From NCBI GenBank assembly GCA_951406725.2, contig OX597828.1, positions 6,882,001-6,946,000 of the forward strand: a stretch of DNA of 64,000 nucleotides, read 5' to 3'. This stretch comes from Octopus vulgaris. Its lineage: Eukaryota. Each line of letters begins with the position of its first letter. Positions within the stretch are counted from its first letter, which is position 1. The notes under the pieces were generated by a model. That model ran no database searches, was not told the origin of the DNA, and worked only from the letters and a program-made list of their open reading frames with translations. Shown here piece after piece: positions 52,565 through 64,000 of the stretch. Made by a program: the position numbers and the translations under genes.

Positions 52565-53360
52565 TGTTTTAACTCATGTCATGAAGCACTGGATAATGCT
52601 ATTTATTCTCAACACGGACACTACAGCTATAAATTCTGGAGAAGTCAACAACAAATTTATAAATTCTGGAAGAAATTTTCCAAGGAGACTCATTATCTCC
52701 TTTGTTATTCTGTTTCGCACCGTTTCTCTTAAGTACTCTGCTGGATGAAATAAATAATGGATACAAGATGTACGAAAAAGAAAACCATCAATCTTCTCCT
52801 CTAGATGGATAACTTGAAACTTTTTGTGAAAAACGATCAACAATTGTAAGCGTTCCTTCGCGTAGTCAGACAGATTTAGTAAGTTCATCAAAATGGAATG
52901 TGGGCTTGAGAAATGTGGGAAGGCCACATTTGTCAAGGGGAAAATTATCAAATGCATGCAACATACTGAAATAAAAGAATTAGAACCTCAGAGCAAGTCT
53001 GTGAAGGAGATAGGATTGAAACACTCATAAATGAAAGGATAAGAGAGGAGTGCTATTGTAGAGTAAGACCTATTCGAAAACCGAGTTAAATGCCAGAAAT
53101 AGGTTAGCCCTGCCTGTAATGACACAGAGTTTTATTGTTATTAAGTGGTCCATCTCTGAGATCGACAAAGTTAGTGTCAAAATCCGAAAACTGATGACAA
53201 TGTGTCGTAATCATCTCCCGAAAGTGAACATAAATCAAATATACCTTCCATTGAAAATTGCAGCTATGATAATTTTTGCCTACCAGCAACAAGCAAATGG
53301 CAGGATTTTAAAGTCTATGGTTGAAATTGGGGTGTGGCTTGTACAAGTGAAAGCAAAGGC
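52565..53360 (+). mobile_element. Decayed R4/Dong RT fragment
   Basis: IFQGDSLSPLLFC, MECGLEKCGK, and HLPKVNINQIYLP (cf. HPKADVDRLYLP). Confidence 0.8.
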
Positions 53361-53361
53361 A

Positions 53362-53471
<110 letters not shown>

Positions 53472-53472
53472 C

Positions 53473-53567
<95 letters not shown>

Positions 53568-53606
53568 GGATGATGATGATGATGATGATGATAATAATAA
53601 TAATAA

Positions 53607-55359
<1,753 letters not shown>

Positions 55360-55438
55360 TAATATTAATAATTCTAACTGATAATGATAATATTAATAAT
55401 AAAGAAAAAGAAGTGAGGCAGCAGCAGCAGTAGTAGTT

Positions 55439-55505
<67 letters not shown>

Positions 55506-55506
55506 C

Positions 55507-55559
<53 letters not shown>

Positions 55560-55579
55560 CAGCAGCAACAGCAGGAGGA

Positions 55580-56481
55580 AGCTACAAGAAGCTAGCGGGC
55601 CAACATCTTAAAGAATGGCAGTAACTCATGCCGTGTATGTAAACAACAGGCTGAAACTATCGCTCATATCTCCATGAGCAGCCTTCTTGCGCCTACAGGG
55701 TATCTCAACAGACATCATAGAGTGGCACTACATTTTCACTGGGTAATTTGCAAAAACCTTTACCTGCCCCATGATAAAAACTAGTGGGAACACACACCAC
55801 CTTCAGTGCTTGAAAATTATCACATCTCACTCCTCTGGAACTTCACCATTCAAACTGACAGAAAGATAGATGCGAATAGGCCAGACATTATATTGAAGGT
55901 TTTCAGACAAAAATCATGCCTCCTCATCAATATGACTGTCCCAATCGACATAAATATATCTATCAAGACTTATCAAAAACTGAGCAAGTATAAAGATCTT
56001 GAAATAGAAATTAGCAAAATGTGGAACCTCAAGACTAAAACAATATCTATTGTGACAGGTACCCTAGGAATGATAGTAAAATGGACTGATTGTTACCTAT
56101 CTCAGGTACCAGGAAATCTAAAACTGGAAGAAATTGTTTTAAATAGTGCTCATGGGAACTGCCCATATCCTACGAAAAATATTGTCTATGTAATTTCAAA
56201 ACATTTTAATCTGTAAACATTATCAAAAGTACTTTTAAATGTACATAATAGCAAACACCTTTTACTACCATCTTAACATCATACTATCATCTAACAATCA
56301 AATTACTATTAAAACAAACTTCTAATTTTCTTATGTTCTGATAGACACTCGCTAGAACAATATTCTGTGCAAAACCAAATATATGACACCCGAGTCATAA
56401 TACTAACTTGAGCAGTTAACTTGTATCTTGATGTCTCTGGATGAGACTTGGAGTCAACTTGTACAAAGCAAAAGCCAAAGA
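55580..56481 (+). mobile_element. R4/Dong C-terminal fragment (CCHC remnant + REL endonuclease + 3' UTR)
   Basis: CRVCKQQAETIAHI; LLWNFTIQTDRKIDANRPDIILK…MTVP…KLSKYKDLEIEI; followed by (AAT)n from 56483. Confidence 0.92.
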
Positions 56482-56527
56482 GATAATAATAATAATAATA
56501 ATAATAACCCTTATCAGACGGGTAGTC

Positions 56528-56574
<47 letters not shown>

Positions 56575-57237
56575 CTATCCACTAAGCAACAACAATAACA
56601 ATTAAAACCGTTTCTACAACAAGCACTTGAAGACCTGAAATTTCCGGGGGAGGGATTAACTCGGTTACATCGACCTAAGTGCTCAACTTATTTAATCGAC
56701 TCCGAAAGAATGAAAAGTAAAGTTGAACACTGCGGGGTTTGAACTCATAAAGTGAAGCACCGGCAGAAAATACCACAAAGAATTTTATCCAAAACTCCAA
56801 GAAATCTACTGATCCAGCGCCACATTTTTTTGAGAAATGAATGTGACAGAATATAAAAGTGCATTGCAAACCCCGCAACATCAATAAGACTATTATTAAT
56901 TTTTGACATTTATTCTGGAATTCACGTGAAAATCTGGCAAGTGAAATATGGAATAATAAAGTTAATAAATCACTGAATTTGAGCAGAAACGAAACTTTTG
57001 TAAGAGATTGGGTTAGATTTTTACCTGATAAAATCTAACAGTAAGACTGGTGATAGTAGTGGTGGTAGTGATGCCTGAAATAATCAATCACGAAGTCATT
57101 CCGTGCTTTTCCTCTCAAACAGATGTTTATTTTGCCTGAGTAAAGTGATATACCTTAAATGGAAAACGAATAAAAGTAATTCTTTATTTCTTCAGACACA
57201 ACATTACCATATGAACCGTTGGGTAGAGTATGTACAG

Positions 57238-57648
57238 CGGATCTTGAACGGCAGTTTTTAACATAATTTCTAGGTAACTAAAAAATTTTAAACTTCGTAT
57301 ACTGGTAGAATGTGTTTATAAAACATCTTTTTCTCTTGGCTTTATTGAGAAAATTCTATAGTTTGTAAGATATTTGTTGTTTTTTTTCTTCAATTTCTGC
57401 AATTTCAACCAATCAGTGACGTCTATTGAGGTAAAAAGCATTCTGTGCCGTATGAATATGTCCCTTGTTTAAGAAACAGATTGGGTTTATTTACATTTGT
57501 GAAGAAAAAAAGATACCCTTCCCCCACCCCTAACCCTAACCCTAACAGAGATTGAAGTGCAATAGATCGATTCTAGGGTCATAAGTATGGGTGACAATTT
57601 CATATGACACCGCTGGAAAAAAAACTGCCTTCAAACCGAAAAGATCCG
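57238..57648. mobile_element. MITE-like element
   Basis: Terminal cggatctt/aagatccg, subterminal ttgaacggcagtttt/aaaactgccttcaa inverted repeats, internal (CCTAAC)3. Confidence 0.65.
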
Positions 57649-57859
57649 AAACGTCCATCCATCCATACATACATACATACATGCATACATACATATATGG
57701 ATAGATGGCTGGATGGCTGGCTGGCTGGCTGGATGGATGGGTGCTTATATCTAACTGTATACCGAGAACTATAATCTGATTAAGGTAAGGACAGTCTCCA
57801 GAAGGGTCCTAATTTTCTTCCATTGACTGAAGGCGACATAGCGCATGCCATTCCATCCC

Positions 57860-57907
57860 CACATAACTCCGTAAGATTCATGGGGCCGGTGTCCCGGTTT
57901 CTCTGCC

Positions 57908-57953
<46 letters not shown>

Positions 57954-58130
57954 CTCCCTGAACAGGACGCCGGTCCGTCGCAGTATTGCTCATTTCTACC
58001 AACTCAGTGAACTGAAACAACGTGAAATAAAGTGTTTAGCCCAAGAACATAACACATTACCCAGCCCAAGAATCGAAACCAGTCTTGCAACCAGGAATCC
58101 AGCACCCTATCCACTAATCCATCCGCCTCG
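57860..58130 (-). mobile_element. SINE-D: tRNA-like head, CORE-like and V-like domains
   Basis: Minus strand ggattagtggatagggtgctggatt…ggtttcgattc…gttcttgggctaaacactttatttcac…ctgcgacggaccggcgtcctgttcaggg…agaaaccggg. Confidence 0.65.
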
Positions 58131-58483
58131 ACACCATCCCATCCAATACAATATGAATTCCGACTACAAATTAGCTTGGGCTAGTATTTTTGTTATTGAT
58201 CTCAAAAAGCTAAAAAAAAAAAAAACAGAAAGTAACTTTGACGAGATTTGAACTTACGGTGTGGAGAGTCGAAGCAAACACTGGAAAGCAACTTATAACA
58301 AGTAATAATGAACCTGCAAAATCGACACACACAACTGTACATACTTTTCTGTCTATATGTATGCATACACAAGCGTATTATTGTGTACACCCACAGATTT
58401 TGTGACTCTGTGGTTTGTGTGTGAATGTCAAAGAGAGAGAAATATAGAAAGATAGAAATAGATAAATAGGTAGATACATGGGT

Positions 58484-58530
<47 letters not shown>

Positions 58531-59023
58531 GTGAGTGAGTGAGTGAGTAGGGGAGAGAGATCTTTCGTGTTGTTTCTGAAGATGACGTTCTGTGGTTTAA
58601 AATTTGTTTGAACTACCTTCATTGATATTTGATCGCTAAATCGGTGTAATTATAATCAATCGTCATTATTCATACAAATTATGTAAATACTTTTGTCATT
58701 TTGGTCGGGTAAATGTAAGTCGAGTTTGTTATATTTAACCTCATAATAGTTTTGTACCTACTTGTAGTGAAATTTGAGCGTACGCATCTATTATTAAGTT
58801 AAACACATGCTCGACTACATTTATATACCCCAAAATTAAAAAGAATTTTCCTAATTTGCCTAAATAATACTGAGTCGTTATACCAATTTGGTTTCTGAAT
58901 TTCTAATTTTGCTGGGTAAGAAATGTGCTCTTATGTTCCATCGTAAATCATATTGTTAAGAACACAGTCGACCGGAATGGTAGTGTCTATCATACACCAG
59001 TATTTGGTTAGTTTTCTATATTA

Positions 59024-59180
59024 GTTTCAAATTTTGACACAAGGCCAGCAAGTTTAAAGGAAGTGGCTAGTCGATTACATCAACTCCAGAACACGTACAT
59101 GGTTTATCGACCCCGAGAGGATGAAAGGCGAAGTCGATCTCAGCGAAATTTGAACACAGAACGTAAACATTAACGAAATA
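59024..59180 (-). mobile_element. SINE-B copy lacking its head
   Basis: gtttcaaattttgacacaaggccagc…atcgaccccgagaggatgaaaggcgaagtcga. Confidence 0.8.
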
Positions 59181-59396
59181 CTATATTTTTTATTTTTATT
59201 CTATTTTATTTTTTATTTTACTTATTTCAGTCATTTGACTGAGGCCATGCTGGAGCACCGCCTTTAGTCGAACAAATCGACGCCAGGACTTATTCTTTGT
59301 TAGTCTAGTCCTTATTCTATCGGGTTCTTTTTCCAAACCGCTAAGTTACGGGGACGTAAACACACCAGCATCGGTTTTCAAGTGATGTTCGGAGGA

Positions 59397-59476
<80 letters not shown>

Positions 59477-59657
59477 ATATATATATATATATATTATGTG
59501 AAATAGAAAGATGAATAATCTTGTTGCAGATTAATCAAAAGTTTAACCGATACCTTGGTAGCAAAAATCACAGCAGAAGACAGCACGGTTGGAGGTACAA
59601 CCATATGGTGTTGCAACCGTGCGTTGGTGCGGATAATTGAATTTTAATATTATTAGT

Positions 59658-59974
59658 GAATTGAAGAAATGGAGTTGAACGAAGATTGAACAGAAATCGT
59701 TTTATTTCATTCTACACGTGTTTCGAAAGGCACAATTTACCAAATTCCGATTGAATAATGAGACCATATTGTGTCTTTCTCTTCAGGAAGAAATAGGAAA
59801 TCCGTTCTGTTCTGTTTTTTGTTTTTTCCAACGGATTTCCTATTTCTTCCTGAAGAGAAAGACACAATATGGTCTCATTATTCAATCGGAATTTGGTAAA
59901 TTGTGCCTTTCGAAACACGTGTAGAATGAAATAAAACGATTTCTGTTCAATCTTCGTTCAACTCCATTTCTTCA

Positions 59975-59978
<4 letters not shown>
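59658..59978. repeat. Perfect inverted repeat, 149-bp arms, 23-bp spacer
   Basis: Arms 59658-59806 and 59830-59978 are reverse complements; the mirror-image ORFs in the track agree. Confidence 0.97.
59841..59933 (+). ncRNA. Type I hammerhead ribozyme (mirror copy on minus strand at 59703-59795)
   Basis: Stem I tatttc-ttc / gaa-t-gaaata; CTGAAGA 59850-59856; stem II gaaagacacaat/attgtgcctttc; GAAA 59912-59915; palindromic stem III acacgtgt; GTA cleavage triplet 59921-59923. Confidence 0.85.
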
Positions 59979-60039
<61 letters not shown>

Positions 60040-60184
60040 GACGGGCTTCTTTCAGTTTCCGTCTACCAAATCCACTCACAAAGCTTTAGTCGGTCCGAGG
60101 CAATAGTAGAAGACATTTGCACAAGGTGCTACGCAGTGGGACTGAATCCAGAACCCGGAACCATGTGGTTGGTATGCAAGCTAC

Positions 60185-60900
60185 TTTTATTCATCAAATT
60201 GGCCATGAAAACCAGATAAGTAGCTGCGGGCTGGACAAAGACATTAATGAGATGAGGATGATAATGATGAACAAAAATTAGGGGGAGGGCACCGGCGCCC
60301 GCCGACCGATAACCCCTCGGAATCACTGTTCTTTTATTCAATTTTACTCAAAAAACCACAAAAATTACAAAAGTTTCCTTAATCTTCCTCTTTCTCATCC
60401 GAGCCCCTGCATAATTTCCTTGCCGCCGGCAGGAAAGCCTGCATCAGCAGGTCGGAGCCAGGAAAGAGAAAAGCAAATTCTTTTTTTCCAAAGGCCGCCA
60501 TGACCTCAAAAAGGCCAACTTGGACAGTCAATGCAGACCGAGTCGTAACGTTGTCGGTCGAGAAGACCGTCCAAGAATCCCTCGACAGCCCCTCCCTTGT
60601 GATAGAAAATGACGGGTTCCACCTCTTCCTCACGAGGGGGGGGGGCTCAGCCTGCTCTGTCAGTGGCACAATTCCCACTGACGGTGTCTTTTCTGCCGGT
60701 AGCACACATCCCACCGGCATATCATTGGGATCTGTCGGCGGCACATCAACCTCCACCGGCGGTTTCCCATTTTTCTTTTTCTTCTTATATTTCTCTTCTT
60801 TGGGCTTGCGGTATTCAGGGCCTCTATCGGCTTATCCGTGATGTCTGCCTTCTCTCCCGCAACATGTATGTCTTTTGGTGAGCAACCACACTGTCACTCG
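60185..60900 (-). mobile_element. Retroelement copy B (3' part), related to copy A at 32115-33316
   Basis: Minus-strand 3' end tcggcgggcg…ctcattaatgtctttgtccagcccgcagctact…aataaaa is joined to gtagcttgcataccaaccacatgg. It is preceded by ORF 60379-60756 with a Lys/Pro-rich upstream part (possible ORF1 C-terminus; homology not established). Confidence 0.7.
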
Positions 60901-61137
60901 TACACCTAATATAATGCGGGTTCTTTTTTTTTTTTTGTCGAACGTGCTAACGATTCTGTCAGCTCACCGTTCTCTTTCTATTTTATACTAATGACTCAGA
61001 AGGATAATAAAAAAAAACACATCCAGTTTTGGTGGGACTTGAATTTAGAACCTTGAGACGTTACTAAGCACCGCAAGCAAATTTGTGAGACATTCTGCCT
61101 TTTTTGTCTCATCTACTTCTTGTGTACAAATACAATG

Positions 61138-61544
61138 ATGATTTCAAATTTTGGCACAAGTTCAGCAATTTCGGGGCTGGGAACTAGTCAACTGCTTTGA
61201 CCCCAGTGCTCAACCATTACTTATTTTATCGACTCCGAAAGGATGAAAGACAAAGTCAACCTCGGAGAAAATTGAGCTCGGAACGTAAAGACGGACGAAA
61301 TGCCGCTAAGTATTTTGCCATTATATTAATAATGATTTCAAACTTTGACACAACGCCACCAATTTTGAGGCTGGGGCCGAGTTGATTACATCGACTCCAG
61401 TGCACAACTGGTACTTATTTTATCACCCTTAAAGGATGAAAGGCAAAGTCAACCTCGGAGAAAATTAAACTCAGACCATAAAGATGGACGAAATGCCGCT
61501 AAGCATTTTATACGCTGCGCTAAAGATTCTGCCAGCCTACCGCC
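61138..61544 (-). mobile_element. Two tandem SINE-B copies (~194-bp spacing)
   Basis: atgatttcaaa at 61138 and 61332. Both carry the non-consensus caacctcggagaaaatt, suggesting local duplication. Confidence 0.85.
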
Positions 61545-63380
61545 CTGGTATTGATAAAAATAATACAAAATTTAACAGATAATTTGAGTGGTGCATTACA
61601 CATACCAGAAATACTGTGATCGATTTTGCCATTGTTTTCTAAAGATATATTTTCTCTCTAATGTATGACACACAAGAAGAAAAAGTCGTTTTTTTTTATT
61701 AACTGTTACTTCGGGAAATATATTTTAGTCATAGAAATACTCAAGATATTGCTAGCTGTAACTGTTTAGTGACAGATTGCTTCAACTTAAAAATATTAGC
61801 GTTTAAATCAAATAGGACGCCTATATTTTGTCTTTTTTTATGTTCTTTAACTGTATTTTTTCTTCATTTGATGAAAGTTCTATTAAATCTTTAATAATTT
61901 GGTTAGGATAAAATCTAATTATGAGACATTTAATTCTACATTGGCAACTGGGATGCTGCGTGTAACTGTGGATTTAGGTATGCTGAGCACGTGGACTGTT
62001 TGACAAGCTTGGGTAGAAAGAGAAGTACGTGGGTGTTACAAAATGGACGACGTTTACGCTGCATGACAAAGAAACACGTTTGTCTAAATATGGTGAAACT
62101 GGAAATTATTTATTTTTCTGGTTGTTAACCTTGTCACTAGTGGAGAACATTTATTTAAATATTTACATCCACATGGATCTATGGTTATGTTCCATAACTA
62201 AAAGTTTGGTCAATAATCTGACAGAATGATAATCATTACAAGAATGCTGTCAGATGGATGCTTAATGGTAAAAGATGGGCGTGGAAACGACCAGAGGTTA
62301 AAATAATACTCAGAGCAGCAGCAGTAGCAGCAATTGCTGCTGCTGCTGCTACTGCTGCTATTACTACTACTACTATTGCTACTACTACTACTATTGCTAC
62401 AACTACTACTACTGTTGCGGCTTCTACTGCTGCTGCTACTACTACTACTACTACTTGTATGTGAGTGATATTTTTTTCTTCTGAAGGATTTCATTTACCG
62501 TGATCTTTAATTAATATGAACAGGTTGACAGCTAGGGTTTCCGTGGTTGCAATTTCCACACTAAGAGAGTCCCCATTTTTTTAAAGACGTTTTATGTGTG
62601 CCTTTATGCATGTGCATGCGTATTTTAGTGAATATATAAGGGTTTTTTGTTTGTTTTTTTATTTTGTTTTGTTTTTTCTTTTTTCTTTTTTTTTTTTCGT
62701 CTTCAGGCGTATGATATTTCTTGACCATGCTACAATGAATGTTAGATATATAACAGTAATGAATTACATTGTTAAGGAAAGAACTTGATATATTTAATTC
62801 TTTTGTGGGGTAACTGGATCTCGAAGCGCATACATGCTATAAATAATAGCATGAAAATATTGGATTGAAAAATCTTTTTGTATGGCTGCGATGTTTGCAG
62901 TTCATAGATCGTCATCGAGGCTGTTTCGTATGTATGATTAACGCGCTTATCTTACATCAATTCGAAACATAACGATACCAGAAGAAACAGCATCACTGAA
63001 TTGGCGAGCATTTTGGTAACTCGGGGTGCTAACCCTTAGTGTTTTTCATAAGTATGATAAATATGAGGAAAAAATAATGCTGGTCTCCATACTGTTTCTA
63101 TGCTCAAAATTAATAAATCAAAAGCTACGATTTCTGACCTTGCATAACGCTGGAAAAAGCGTCGATTTGTTTTAATCTTCTGAAAATCACCTTCGTAAAC
63201 GGCCCGATTCACGTAGCTGTGAGCAGGCGACATATATTTGGTTATTTGAGTTCAATATAGATAGCAGAAATTAAAATACTGATAACGAAGCAATGACGAG
63301 AAGAATTATAATGAACAGAAATGGAAATGCAAGAGTTTAGGCCTGTAAACGAAGAACTCCGACACATTGCTGGTGTCTAA

Positions 63381-63585
63381 TACTCTTTAATCTTTTACTT
63401 GTTTCAACCATTTGACTGTGGCCATGCTTGAGCACTGCCTTTAGTCGAGCAAATCGACCCCAGGACTTATTATTTGTAAGCCTAGTACTTATTCTATCGG
63501 TCTCTTTTGCTGAATCGCAAATTTACGGGGACGTAAACACACCAGCATCGGTTGTCAAGCGATGTTGAGGGGGACAAAAACAGAT

Positions 63586-63670
<85 letters not shown>

Positions 63671-64000
63671 CAACCAATAAGGGTGAGAAATTTTTATACT
63701 AATTTAATAGTACATCCATTTAACACCTAGTGGCTTAGAGCATATAAAACCCGGATTTTCATACATTTTATATATAAATATAAGAGAGCGACCACTATAT
63801 GGTCTACTCTGTGGTCGCTCTCTTATATTTATATATATATACGACGGGCCTCTTTCAATTTCCGTCTAACAAATCCACTCACAAAGCTTTGGTCGGCCCG
63901 AGACTATAATAGAAGACACTTGCCCAAGGTGCCACGCAGTGGGACTGAACCCGGAACCATGTGGTTCGTAAGCAAGCTACTTACCACACAGCCACTCCTA
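63381..64000 (-). mobile_element. SINE-A copy with a ~170-bp hairpin-ended insert in its TA tract
   Basis: Tail at 63381; head runs to the window end. Insert ~63669-63837. Confidence 0.92.

Larger units (their letters stand above)
59215..60184 (-). mobile_element. SINE-A copy carrying the palindromic insert; head truncated at retroelement copy B
   Basis: 3' half 59215-59470; 5' half 60037-60184, ending at ggtatgcaagctac. Confidence 0.9.

Noticed and set aside
57528-57546. Telomeric (CCCTAA)n
   Set aside because: Only about three units, internal to a MITE-like element.
59712-59924. Twin 68-aa ORFs on opposite strands
   Set aside because: A by-product of the palindrome.

Overview
AT-rich, microsatellite-dense eukaryotic DNA with no confidently recognisable host gene. 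The SINE families and the R4/Dong, Penelope and Tx1 mix suggest octopus (coleoid cephalopod) intergenic or intronic sequence; this assignment is an inference. Most ORFs in the track are simple-repeat artefacts. Supported content: four tRNA-headed SINE families (my labels SINE-A to SINE-D), three 3' fragments of a Tx1/L1-type LINE anchored in (GATA)n, a near-full-length decayed R4/Dong LINE plus fragments in (TAA)n, a ~556-bp (TAA)n-embedded short retroposon, a Penelope GIY-YIG relic, several hammerhead-ribozyme (HHR) repeats, mariner and Tc1 relics, a non-autonomous Helitron and MITE-like elements. Most notable: (1) two diverged, apparently ORF1-only (HAL1-like) retroelements whose 3' ends join the same nucleotide of the SINE-A tRNA-like head, one with a 14-bp TSD, i.e. 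a candidate SINE-targeting site-specific retrotransposon family; (2) a perfect 149-bp-arm palindrome carrying a complete type I hammerhead on each strand; (3) a SINE-B subfamily whose 3' tail matches the tail of the (GATA)n-anchored Tx1 LINE. All alignments and folds were done by eye; no database searches were run.
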